This document shows positions 26,509 to 38,487 of a stretch of DNA of 64,000 nt, one piece after another. This stretch comes from Eledone cirrhosa (lineage: Eukaryota). The stretch covers positions 1,922,001 to 1,986,000 of the forward strand of contig OZ024755.1 of NCBI GenBank assembly GCA_964016885.1, in the 5' to 3' direction. The position numbers and the translations under genes were made by a program. A model generated the notes under the pieces. That model searched no databases, was not told the DNA's origin, and saw only the letters and a program-made list of their open reading frames with translations. The stretch's first letter is position 1; the number at the start of each line of letters is the position of its first letter.

Positions 26509-27391
26509 CTGTGGAGGAGAGTGGTTTTGACGTGTCATATGGACAATCAACTACATGTAGAGTGGAACTAAAGTTGACAGGGAAACAGACATAGGCAATG
26601 AAAACATCATATTGATCTGTTCTCCTGGATTGCTTCGGAAATGTAACCTTGCATAAGATGATGTAGCATGATAAACCATCACGTAACCATGAGCACCATT
26701 GAAATACAACACCACGTTGACGTGTGGCAGTAGCTAAACAAAACTATCGTTTAAATAATTATTGCTGACATGGAAGGAAATAAACAGAAAATGTCTCAAT
26801 AAAAGTGTTCAACTTAAAATAAAGCTTTAATTTACCTACTTATAAATAGTAAAATCCAAGCTTTTAACGTTTTAAATTCACGTTGGAAAACATGAAGTTG
26901 TTCCAGCGGCCATTTTAATTTTTCCAAACAGAACTATCCTAATTACGCATGCGCAAATTATTTATTTGAAGTCGCAATGAATTTTCAATCGTGAGTTCGA
27001 TTCTTAGACCGGGCTTGGTTGGTTTAATAACCGGATCTTTATTGTTAAAGTTCTTTCTTCCCACATTCTGTGACTAATTTACTTTGTGTGTCTCTTATAG
27101 ATTTTTCTTGTTTAGGGAGCAGTTGTTGACTGGAACTGTGCTTGCACTGTTGGATAAGGCTACAGTTTCTACTTTTGATTGTGGCTTTGTACCTATGTGA
27201 AAAAACTGGACCAGCATTACTGCAGCAGTGGGTTAGATGTTGGCCTCCATTTCTGTTACTGCATCAAATCCCTGGAAGATGAGTGAAGAGACACTCATGC
27301 TGCAGACATGGGAATACCAGCAGATTGTAGGATTCCAGGTTACGCATGTTTGAGTGTTTGATTTAGTATTTGGTGGTGGTAATGTTATTGT

Positions 27392-28545
27392 GTTTACCAT
27401 ACCTACAAATCGGTGCAGAGCCTCACTTGTGGTGGAGACTGGAAAGGATTAGATAGCTTTCACTTTTTCTGATAGGGCTGTAGTCCCAGTACCTGTGGTT
27501 CTATATCTGAGAAAGTCGATTCTTTAACACCAAAGATACACTTGGTAGGGTTAACTACCAAACTGTATTGTTCAAGTCTATCAAAAAGAGTCACTAGGTA
27601 CTTCTTGTGTAATTCTACATTTTGACTTGCAATATGGCTGTCATCTAGGTTATATATACCTAGATGACATCCATATTGTCATCTAGGTATATATAACCTA
27701 GATGACAATATGGATGTCATCTAGGTATATATAACCTAGATGACATCCATATTGTCATCTAGGTATATATAACCTAGATGACAATATGGATGTCATCTAG
27801 GTATATATAACCTAGATGACATCCATATTGTCATCTAGGTATATATAACCTAGATGACATCCATATTGTCATCTAGGTTATATATACCGAGATGACATCC
27901 ATATTGTCATCTAGGTATATATAACCTAGATGACATCCATATTGTCATCTAGGTATATATAACCTAGATGACATCCATATTGTCATCTAGGTATATATAA
28001 CCTAGATGACAATATGGATGTCATCTAGGTATATATAACCTAGATGACAATATGGATGTCATCTAGGTATATATATAAAACAACAAAGTCTAGACCTATG
28101 CAGACGGTGTCCAAATGTTGAAAAGATTGAAAGGTGTGCACAGAAATACGGTGGGAGTGATAACGGCAGTTTTAGGAATATCGTCATCTTGTTTGATGAT
28201 ACCCTTGGACGATATCAACTTTTGAAAAAATTGATCACATGGTTAACTGAGCTGAGAAGTCCCGTATATGCGGAAGGGGGTAGTGCTTGTGTTGAGACAG
28301 TGATAATACTGCAAAGTTGCCAACCTCCATTAGGTTTTGGTGCCATATGTAGAGGGGATAACCAGAGACTGATTGATGAACGATACACAAAGCTTCCATA
28401 TTGTCAAACTCGGCCCTTGTAATGATGAGCGTGGCTGTGTACTGGAGGGCTGGTAGTTGGAATGTGATGTTTTGTGGTGAGTTGTGGGTTTGGAGAATGT
28501 CAGTGTAGTGAGATTCAGATGGTTCCAAAAGAGGTCTGAGAGAAA
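27392..28545 (-). mobile_element. Degenerate Ty3/gypsy LTR-retrotransposon reverse transcriptase
   Basis: Across frameshifts: KHHIPTTSPPVH, AEFDNMEAL, SPLHMAPKPNGGW, YPLPHIRDFSAQL, IFSKVDIVQGYHQ, DDIPKTAVITP, YLDDIHI, ASQNVELHKKYLVTLFDRLEQYSLVVNPTKCIFGV, EKVKAI, LHRFVGMVN. Confidence 0.9.
27631..28067. repeat. 38-bp palindromic tandem array (11.5 units) inside the gypsy RT
   Basis: gtcatctagg-9nt-cctagatgac-9nt units starting at 27640+38k. Confidence 0.97.
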
Positions 28546-29849
28546 TATGCTATGACAGCTGCCATATTGCAGTTTCGGTGGTTTTATTCGCGCCAGTCAC
28601 CAATCCGGTACTTTGTCAAACCCGCGAAATTTATATGGTCTCCCGACCAATCCCACATCAAGTGGAACAAAACCATCTAACCCATGCTAACGTGGAAGAT
28701 GGACATTAAAGATGATATATACACTCTACAACATTATACACACACACCTCCATAATCATTTACAAAGAATCTTTATCATGTATAAAAATATTTCAGGTGA
28801 AAGCAAAGAAAAACAAACAAACAAAAGGTTTTATCATTTTCATTATTTTTTTTTCAAAATTTTATTTCTTCATAATTATTTTATTTTATTTTTTCCAACT
28901 TTCTTCCCTCCCTACCCTTCTCTCCATTCTCTTTGGCCCTTCCCAATTCGCAAAACATTTAATTATTATTATTAATAATATTATTATTATTATTTTTTTT
29001 TAGATTCCATGTTCATTTTCATTATATTTATTTATATATATATTTTTTTGAGATATAAAAAATTATATAGTTTTGTTGTTTAATGTGTGCTTATTATATG
29101 TGGTGGTGGTGGTGGTTCTTGTTTTCAGTTTTTTAAAAATTGTTTCTTCTTTATAAAGAGGGCAAAGGAAGGTAACCACACACGCATTGTACACACACGT
29201 GTGTGTGTTTGTGTATTTATGTATATATATGTATCTTGTTCACACACACACACACACATATATACATACATATATATATATATATACATACATTTGTATA
29301 AATATATACATATGTATACATATATACATACACAGTGGCACTCACACACATATGTACATTATACAACTATATATATATATATATACATACATGCATATAT
29401 ATATGTAAGCATACATACACGTATATAATAGCACTGTGACAAGATATTTTGGTGATTGGGGGAGTGGAGGGTTGATTTTTTTCTCTAAGTTTGTAGTTGG
29501 TGGTTGGACAGGTGGGTGATTCAATATATGTAATCCGGTAGCAGTAATAATAATAATAATAATAGTAATAATAATAATCAGAGGAAACAGGAGACATACA
29601 CACTATATCTATCTCTCTCACATTATGACAGACATGATAAGAAAATAAAAACTAAAAAATAATTATTTAAAAAAAATACACACGTTCTTACACATGCAAG
29701 CAAACACACATACACACACTTTGGTTTTCGAAAGATTTTGCAATATATAATTGGTTGCTAGGACTTGGTCCTACAATGGTTAATTTTAAGGTTTTTTGTT
29801 GCTCTTTCTTTTTCTTTGGTGGAGAAGAGGTTGGTTGGCAAATAGGACG

Positions 29850-30542
29850 TTTCTAAATCATGTACACATATATACACATACACACATATATATATACACA
29901 CACACACACACATATATATATATACACACACACTATATTTATGGCGTTCTGTACAGAAAAACAAAAAAATATATACTAACAAACTGCTTACTACATACTT
30001 TTACTGGAAGTGTGTAGATGTTATAACTACATAACATGTATGTATATATACACATGTTGTCTACACATGTGTATATATACTCATTTTTGAAGCAGGCAGA
30101 GATCTGTTTACTCACACTCTCAATCTCTCTATGTGTGTGTATATATATATATATACATACATATATATACATATATATACATACATATATATATATAAAT
30201 ACATATATATATATACATACATATATATATATACATACACATACATATATATATACACATACATATATATATACACATATGTATATATACATATATATAT
30301 ATAAATACATATATATATATACATACATATATATATATACATACATATATATATATACATACATATATATATATACATACACATACATATGTATATATAC
30401 ATATACACATACATATATATATATATATATACACACATATATATACACATATATATATACACATATATATATACACGTATATATATATACACATATATAT
30501 ATATATATATATACACATATATATATACACGTATATATATAT

Positions 30543-30585
<43 letters not shown>

Positions 30586-30606
30586 TATATACACGTATAT
30601 ATATAT

Positions 30607-30649
<43 letters not shown>

Positions 30650-30659
30650 TATATACACG

Positions 30660-30697
<38 letters not shown>

Positions 30698-30707
30698 TAT
30701 ATACACG

Positions 30708-30741
<34 letters not shown>

Positions 30742-30750
30742 TATATACAC

Positions 30751-30834
<84 letters not shown>

Positions 30835-31147
30835 TTATATATATAAACATATATATATATATATATATATACTTATATATATAAACATATATATATATAC
30901 ATATATATGTATACATATATATATATATATATATATATAAACATATATATATATACATATATATGTATACATATATATATATAAACATATATACATATAT
31001 GAGATTAAATCCATACTATGCATCAACAGAGATATCTGCAAACTTTGTCCACTGAAGATCAAAAAAGATTCACTTTGAAAAGCCTACGTAAAACATGGTA
31101 TGGCATTTAATGTGCTAGAATGTGTGTGTATGAATATGTGTGTATGT

Positions 31148-31186
<39 letters not shown>

Positions 31187-31190
31187 AACA
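29850..31190. repeat. (TA/CA)n compound microsatellite, downstream of the plexin stop (possibly 3' UTR)
   Basis: Directly visible; UTR status inferred from position only. Confidence 0.85.
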
Positions 31191-31297
31191 CATTTATGTA
31201 TGTATATTTTATGGCAACATGCACACATAAGGCCTAAGATTTGAAGGATTATAATGAAAAATAAAATACAAAAACCAACAACAAAAACCAGTCACAA

Positions 31298-31426
31298 ATG
31301 TTGATGAAAGGCCTCCCACCTCCCTCATAAACGTTGATGAAAGGCCTCTTACCTCCTTCATAAATGTTCATGAAAGGCCTCTTACCTCCCTCCTAAACGT
31401 TCATGAAAGGCCTCTTACCTCCCTCA
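31298..31426 (+). repeat. 33-bp tandem repeat, 4 copies
   Basis: gttgatgaaaggcctcttacctccctcataaac. Confidence 0.9.
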
Positions 31427-32065
31427 AACATATCTGCTGCTACTACTGGATCTGGAATTTTTGTCATAAAAATGGTCTTTTGCAATATTTCCAATAAAAA
31501 TAATAAATAAAATAAAAATACCGACATCCCTTCATCCACTCACCCTCCCTCCCTTCTCTTCTTCCATCATTGTTAACAACAACAACAACAACAACCCCTT
31601 CACAATTTTTTTCCTTACTTAAGTGTTGTTTTGTTATTGTTTTTGTTTTGTTGTTTTGAAAGTTTTCCAAGATTAAATGTTGTTGTTTTAATTATTTATT
31701 TATTTATAATTTCATTTCTTTTTGTTTTTATCTTTTATTTCTTTTGTTGTTTTTGGGGGGATGGGGGTGGGGTGGAGGTGGAGTGGGGGTGGTGTAATTT
31801 TTTACTTGATTTTATTTAAGTTTTTTTAATACTATTATTTTTATTATTTTTAAAATGTTATTCCAGACCACCCCTACCTTCTGTCTCCACAGAGGAACTA
31901 GTTCTGGTGGTGGTGGTGGGGTTGATGGTAGCGGTGGGGTGGTGGTGGTGGGGTTGATGGTAGCGGTGGAGTGTACATATTTAAAAAAAAATAATAATCA
32001 ACAAGTCTTTTTTGCACTCAAAGAAACATTATTTTCCTCTTGTAGCAGGGGGTGGCGTGGGGGGT

Positions 32066-32281
32066 GGGTGATGTGGGAGGCAGGTAAGGGTGGCTTGGGT
32101 GATGTGGGAGACAGGTAAGGGTGGCTTGGGTGACGTGGGAGGCAGGTAAGGGTGGCTTGGGTGATGTGGGAGGCAGGTAAGGGTGGCTTGGGTGATGTGG
32201 GAGGCAGATAAGGGTGGCTTGGGTGATGTGGGAGGCAGATAAGGGTGGCTTGGGTGATGTGGGAGGCAGGTAAGGGTGGCT
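32066..32281 (+). repeat. 31-bp G-rich tandem repeat, about 7 copies
   Basis: gggtgatgtgggaggcaggtaagggtggctt; begins about 80 nt past the plexin stop codon. Confidence 0.93.
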
Positions 32282-32361
32282 ATGTTGTTTCTTTTATTTA
32301 GAGATTTTTGTTTGTAGTTTTTATTTATTTAATTATTTTTTGGGGGGTCTTGGCAGCATCG

Positions 32362-32466
32362 TCAATAAGTTTGGTCGGCATTATTTATTAAGTTCATCAC
32401 TTGTTGTAGTTTCAAGTCCAACTTACTCCGACTGGCAGTCTCATCTGATTCTAAAGCTTGCAACAA
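32362..32466 (-). CDS. PlexA: Plexin-A last coding exon, with stop codon
   Basis: aatag|TTG...TGA; LLQALESDETASRSKLDLKLQQVMNLINNADQTY*; no plexin-B-type VTDL PDZ motif. Confidence 0.9.
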   Translation of the reverse strand: MLQALESDETASRSKLDLKLQQVMNLINNADQTY

Positions 32467-32534
32467 CTATTACAAAAGAGATGGAAGAAAAGAAAGAAAT
32501 TATAAACATTAGAAATTAAAAAAAAAAAAGTTTT

Positions 32535-32850
32535 GTAATTTAGGCAACAAAACCAGTAAATTTAGGGGAAGGCATTTTATTTTATTGATCCCGGGAATGG
32601 TGAAAAACAAAGTTGACTTCGGTGGGATTTGAACTGAAAACTTAGAACAAATACCACACTGTCATTTTATCTGATGCTCTACCAATTCTGACACAACACC
32701 ACCCTCAGGTATAACTATAATATTGATTTCTAATTTAGACACATGGCCAGCACATTTGGAGAAAGGGCAAAGTTAATTAAATCAACTCCATTACATTACT
32801 GGTACTTTATTTTATCGACCTTGAACAGATGTAAGGCCAAGTTAACTAAT
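32535..32850 (-). mobile_element. Two tRNA-SINE fragments in the last plexin intron
   Basis: aaagttgacttcggtgggatttgaact and attactggtactttattttatcgacc. Confidence 0.65.
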
Positions 32851-32985
32851 AATAATAAAGCTGAAGTGAAAATCGAATAGTGCATGTGTTTTTATTGTGA
32901 AAATGACCCTTCTAAAATATAATATCTAAACTATATAAGATGGTTTTCTAGAATAGAGAAAGAGATGTAAAGTGAGATACATTAC

Positions 32986-33060
32986 CTTACAACTATAATT
33001 GTCAACATATTTGTACAATTCATTTAATGCTGCTTCTGTGTTGAACTCATGGCAATGTAG
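32986..33060 (-). CDS. PlexA: Plexin-A penultimate coding exon
   Basis: ttccag|CTA...AAG|gtaat; LHCHEFNTEAALNELYKYVDNYSCK. Confidence 0.92.
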
Positions 33061-33082
33061 CTGGAAAGGAAAGATCAAACTA

Positions 33083-33335
33083 ATGTAGCATAGATAGTGT
33101 AACATAGTGAGTAACATAGTGTGTAACATAGACAGTGTGTAACATAGTGTGTAGCATAGTGTGTAATATAGACAGTGTGTAACATAGTGAGTAACATAGT
33201 GAGTAACATAGTGTGTAGCATAGTGTGTAATATAGACAGTGTGTAACATAGTGTGTAACATAGACAGTATGTAACATAGTGTGTAACATAGTATGTAACA
33301 GTGTGTAACTCAAGCAGTGTGTAACATAAGACAGT
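33083..33335 (+). repeat. ~12-bp tandem repeat gtgtaacatagt
   Basis: Directly visible. Confidence 0.88.
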
Positions 33336-33803
33336 GTCACAGATTATGGAGACAAGGGAACAGTTTATTAAATCAATTATTTGTAGCTGACCTCTGGAAG
33401 GATGAAAGGTAACGTAAACCCTTCTTCTTCAGTTATCCCTCTGGTGACCAGAGAAACAGTTTCTCTGCAGGTTCAACATAGTGGGAAACATGGCCAGCAA
33501 GAGCCAAGCGATTGGATTGAACTTTTGATGAAACTCATGGCAGATCACCATAAACAACTCTTCTGCTAGTGACTTTGACACAAATTGTTGAACACAGTTA
33601 CCTCAATCATCTGTTGTATCAATCACAAAGTAAATAATAATAATATTCTTCTTCTCCCACATATTCCTGAGAGGGTCGTGTGGGGTCAGAGTCCTCAAAC
33701 ACACCTTCCAGTGGGTCCTGTCAGAAGCAACCATTTCTAATTGATCCGACTAGATCTCCAAGTAAATAAAAATGAAAAATAATGAAAGGAATTATCTACT
33801 TAC

Positions 33804-33879
33804 CCGTGATTCTTCTTGTAACATAGAATTCATATCTTGGTCTGATATAGGGATGATGGATTTAATGTCTTCATAATAC
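33804..33879 (-). CDS. PlexA: Plexin-A exon
   Basis: gacag|G TAT...CGG|gtaag; YYEDIKSIIPISDQDMNSMLQEESR. Confidence 0.95.
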
Positions 33880-33938
33880 CTGTCATGGTGGAAACAAATA
33901 TAGAGAATGAGAGTAAACTGTGTATTTATTTTCCTTAA

Positions 33939-34159
33939 CCCTTTAGCATTTAAACCGGCCATATTTGGCCAGAATACTCTCACCACTCTCTGTTCAAATT
34001 GGCTGTAACTGGCCACTCATACTGATGTTAAGTTATTGCTCTTAAAACAACTAAAATTAAAATCTCATAGATTCAACATTATGTGAGATAATTATGTAAG
34101 GTAAAGTCTTTACTGTGAAAATATAATAGTATATATAGAGTATTGTAATTGCTAAAGGG
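33939..34159. mobile_element. piggyBac-like MITE (TTAA target site)
   Basis: ttaa|ccctttagca ... tgctaaaggg|ttaa; further copies at about 34165-34330 (+), 48518-48730 (+) and 59868-60072 (-). Confidence 0.75.
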
Positions 34160-35559
34160 TTAATCCTTTAAACCAGCCCTATTTGGTCAGAATTCTCTCA
34201 CCTCTTTCTGTTTAAACTGGCCATAAACGGCTGCTCATACTGATGTTAAGCTATTGTTTTCAAAATAAATAATATCAAAATCTTGTAGATTCGATATTAT
34301 GAGAGATAATTATGTGAGGTAAAGCCTTTTTGTTAGGATGGTCAACACAACCAGATGGTGTTTGATCAGAAGAAACTGCAGCAACAGCAATAACAATAAC
34401 AAAGTGCTCCAATGATGATAGATGTAAATGTAAACTTATAATCTCGGTGTAGAACATTTGCAGATTTTGAATCAGTAATTATTTAAAGATATGTTCACAT
34501 GGCTAAGAAACTAACAACCCCCCACACCAGTAGATAATTGTGTGTATGTGTCTGTGTATATGTATGTAGGTATGTGTGTATATACACATGTGCATATGTA
34601 TATATGTATGTACTTATGTATTATATATATGTGTATATATATATGTGTGTGTATGTGTGTGTATATATATATGTATGTATGTATGTATGTATTATATATA
34701 TGTATGTATGTATGTATTATATATATGTGTATATATATATATATATATGTGTGTGTGTATATATATGTATGTATGTATGTATATATGTATGTATTATATA
34801 TATGTATGTACTAACAGTGATTAGAATTAGTAGAGTAATGATAGTCTGCTGTAGTTTGAACAAGATCAATAATAGATATTGAAGAAGAGGATATATAATT
34901 ATTGGTGAAATCTAAAACCTGCAGAACCTTTATGAGAGGAAGGGTGGGATAACATGAATGTGTAAATATATCTATTGTATATTTGAATACAATGATTGCA
35001 TGTGGATATAGGAAGGTGTATGGCCATGTGTATGTATGTATAGTTGTATGTGTATGTATAGTTGTATGTGTATATGTATAGTTATATGTATGTGTTGAGT
35101 TGTGTGTATGTGTGTTATGAACGCAGTTGCTTATATGGAAATATGTAAAGTATATTTGTGGAAGTGTGTGTATAAAATATATCATGTCATAAGTAAGGTA
35201 ACCTTTGTGTGTGGATATATATATTGATCCCGAGTAGAGTCAGGGGTAACCACAGTAAATAAGGTACTCAATACATAAGTAGTGTGACAACAGAGATTTA
35301 TATAGAAAAGGCTTCTATAGGACTAGAACTGTTTCATTCAAATGAAATCATCAGGAATGCCAGTTTAAATATATATATATGTTGAGGAAGTATATAGTGC
35401 AGTTGTGAGTGAGGCTGTAAACCAGTGTGTAAATCAATCATCATTGCTGGTTGGTTTTTACCTGTAAAATCTGTCCAGCGATTCTTTCCTGAGACATTCT
35501 AATAAAATGTCTGTAGTATCAGAGCTGTAGTGGCTCCACCTGGAGTGACTCTCTCAGCT

Positions 35560-35692
35560 ACACAATCTATCGAGAAACATTACTCCAAACTCCCTTCAGA
35601 GGAACCCCATTTCGGCCGCTTGCATTTGCGATAGTATTCTTTCGGTCATTACCCAAGATTTATAACCCTAGGTAAGGGTTGGCAAGGTTTAT
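35560..35692 (-). mobile_element. RTE LINE fragment
   Basis: LPTLT*GYKSWVMTERILSQMQAAEMGFL*R. Confidence 0.75.
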
Positions 35693-36046
35693 ATAATACA
35701 GACTGTCATTGCTCATGATTCTCAGTTAATTGATATCTTGGGATCAATATATAGAGATATTATTGCACATTACATTCAACATGGCCAACCACTAAATAAT
35801 GAACTGAGTACACAGTGTAGTTCTAGTACTGTTAGTAAATACTAACTAAGTAACTAACTCAGAGCTGGTACTGTTAGTTAATAATGAGTTAGTTAACTGA
35901 CTAGTTAGTATTAACCAACAGTACCAGCTCTGAGTTGGTTCTGTTAGTTTATACTAACTCATTAACTAACTCAGAGCCGGTTCTGTTAGTTAACCAGCTG
36001 TGTAATAATAACAATGATATCTAAGAGTAAAGTAAGGTTCACTTAC

Positions 36047-36259
36047 CGATCTACCCACGCCTTATATTTGGGGATATCTTTGGCATATAGTAGCTTGCTG
36101 GAAGGAGAATCTTTGCCTAACCGGTGTTCACTCATTGAGCAGCTATCCATGAATGTCTGCGCAGTCACCGACAGGCAAGAGTCGACGATGTGAGATTTGT
36201 GAATATCAAAGACAAAGTTGGGATTTTTTATAATATTTACCCAGAATCGCAAAGGAAGG
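36047..36259 (-). CDS. PlexA: Plexin-A exon with the second GAP arginine motif LPLRFW
   Basis: tacag|C...CG|gtaag; (S)[70 protein letters not shown](R). Confidence 0.97.
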
Positions 36260-36589
36260 CTGTAAAGAAAATGGAGAGGAAACAACATTACATACAAGAA
36301 GAAATAAATTCTACAAAATACTAAAACAAGACAACTTGTTAAATACTTTAAAAACAAAATAACTACCAATACCAACATTTATATTCCAAATTCCTTACAT
36401 TTAGTGTTTCAGGATTTTTATCCATCATCAGTTGATGTTTACTTGCCCAGTACTGAGACAAGAATAAGCTATAGGTTATATACATTTTGTGGATAAAACA
36501 TCTGTTGGGGATGTTCATTTGACTCTATAACCAGCCTGTAGCATGTAGCTGTGTTGATTCAGTTAAAAACATAACAATTATTCTATCAT

Positions 36590-36740
36590 TAACAACATCA
36601 TAACAGTTATTCTTTAAACTAACAACACCATAACAGTTATTTTATGAACAACACCATAACAGTTATTCTCTAAACTAACACCATAACAGTTATTAACTAT
36701 CAACACCATAACAGTTATTCTCTACACTAACAACACCAAC
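36590..36740 (+). repeat. ~25-30-bp tandem repeat aacaccataacagttattctctaaact
   Basis: About 5 degenerate copies. Confidence 0.8.
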
Positions 36741-36778
36741 ACATTTATTCTATCAACTAAAAACAGTTATGAACTGAC

Positions 36779-36945
36779 CTGTTAGATTTCCATGTGTGTA
36801 CAACTTCAGGCTCAATGTTATGAAGCTGCGCTTGTTCATCAAGAAAGTCAAAAATATATTTAATAGCCAAAGGTAATACTTGACCACGATGGGTTGTGCT
36901 GAATATTCTTTCAAACAAATCATCAACATATTGCTGCAGCGTACC
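36779..36945 (-). CDS. PlexA: Plexin-A exon (GAP C2)
   Basis: ttgcag|GGT...AACAG|gtcag; [55 protein letters not shown]. Confidence 0.96.
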
Positions 36946-36979
36946 CTGCAATTACATAATTACATTCATTACAAGTCAA

Positions 36980-37013
<34 letters not shown>

Positions 37014-37139
37014 AAAGTACCAGTAATACACTGGGTAATTACTGGCCTTGTGCCAAAAGTAGAAACAATTATTATTAAATTAAATACACATGTGAGTGGA
37101 TAATAACAATAATAATATAATAATATTATTAATATTTGA

Positions 37140-37340
37140 AGGGCGGTGGATTGGCAGTACCGGTAGAGCGTCGGACACCATGCTTTCCAGCATTGAGTTA
37201 CAGCCCTTTAATATCTGAGTTCAAATCCCGCCGAGGTTAATTTTGTCTTTCATCCTTATGGGGTTGATAAAATAAAGTACCAATAATACACTGGGGTAAT
37301 TGCTGGCCTTGTGCCAAAAGTAGAAATAATAATTATTATT
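37140..37340 (+). mobile_element. Near full-length tRNA-derived SINE
   Basis: A-box-like tggcagtaccggtagagcgtcggac, B-box gagttcaaatccc, body tttcatcc..ggggttgataaaataaagtacc, ggccttgtgccaaaagtagaaa tail; other fragments at about 5300, 15915, 37015, 39020 and 49570. Confidence 0.85.
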
Positions 37341-37560
37341 TGATTTGATTTGCAAGCAATCGCTGGAACAAAAGGACGACATTAGATGTCTACAACACGT
37401 GGCAGTATTTAGTTCCTCCTTATATTACACACACACAGACACATATATACACAGACATACATACATACACACACACACATATACACAGACGTACACACAC
37501 ACATATACCGTCTAAACTCATGCTAGCATGGAAGATAGATGTTAAACGATGATGATGATA

Positions 37561-38021
37561 CATCCATCAGGCATCTACCATACTCTGAGCGCCTTGCTTC
37601 CCTGGGCATGGATTCATTGAAGCTCCGACGCCTGGCAACTGACTTGGTAAACACCCACAAAATTGTTAACCATGTTGCCAACAACAACCCTGAGTGCCTT
37701 TTCGATTTCCATGTGTCTACCACACGTGGACATGCCCACAAAGTAAGAAAACAGCACAGTTCCCATGACTTTCGGAAACATTTTTTCACGCTCAGAGTTG
37801 CTGAAGCATGGAACAAACTACCTGCATCAGTTGTTAGCTGTCGAGACACTGCATCCTTTAAGGCCTCCATGCTTCCCGAGATCCGCCAACACTACAGCTA
37901 ACACATACAAACATGTACTTCCCTGGCATTTGTGTATTATTCTATGTACTATATTGACGAGTTGTAGTGCACCTGAGCACTTTACACAATAATTTCATTA
38001 TTATTATTATTATTATTATTA
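37561..38021 (+). mobile_element. CR1-clade LINE 3' end
   Basis: LPYSERLASLGMDSLKLRRLATDL...TRGHAHKVRK...RKHFFTLRVAEAWNKLP; (TTA)n tail. Confidence 0.9.
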
Positions 38022-38456
38022 TACACACAAATACACACACATATACACACACGAAGGAGGTGTGGTAAGGAACCAAGTGTACCATAACACACCAGAGTAC
38101 TCAATACTTTGGGTAGTAGAGTGGGTAATAGGGAAATACACACATGCAAATATTAATGTGTATAATAATATTTTTCTGAACCTGGTTTATTCCCTCAATT
38201 ATTTCCCTAAAACTATACAGTGTCTCTATTATTCCAGTTTAGACATCAACATCTGTGTTACGTCACTTAACTCCACCAAATTTCTCCCATATACTTTCAA
38301 CTTTTACTGTATTTTACTAACACAACCAGGAAATACCTATAATTACTGATACACACTTCACCCTATAATCACAATATAATACTATATTGAAGAGTAAGCA
38401 TTTTCAGTTATATGCATGTGCGTATATATATATATGTGTGTGTGTGTTTGTGTGTG

Positions 38457-38487
<31 letters not shown>

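Noticed and set aside
27100-27390. Possible gypsy gag/protease remnant (ICWYSH..., ALSNSAST) on the minus strand
   Set aside because: Motifs are too degenerate and in the wrong order relative to RT to call without a search
27631-28067. CRISPR-like or lox/dif-like array
   Set aside because: The spacers are one 9-bp sequence in two orientations, not unique; the context is eukaryotic with no cas or recombinase gene, and the sequence is explained by gypsy RT codons
37140-37235. tRNA gene (also the B-box-like gagttcgattc at 21018, 26111 and 26993)
   Set aside because: A/B boxes run into SINE body sequence or lack a cloverleaf
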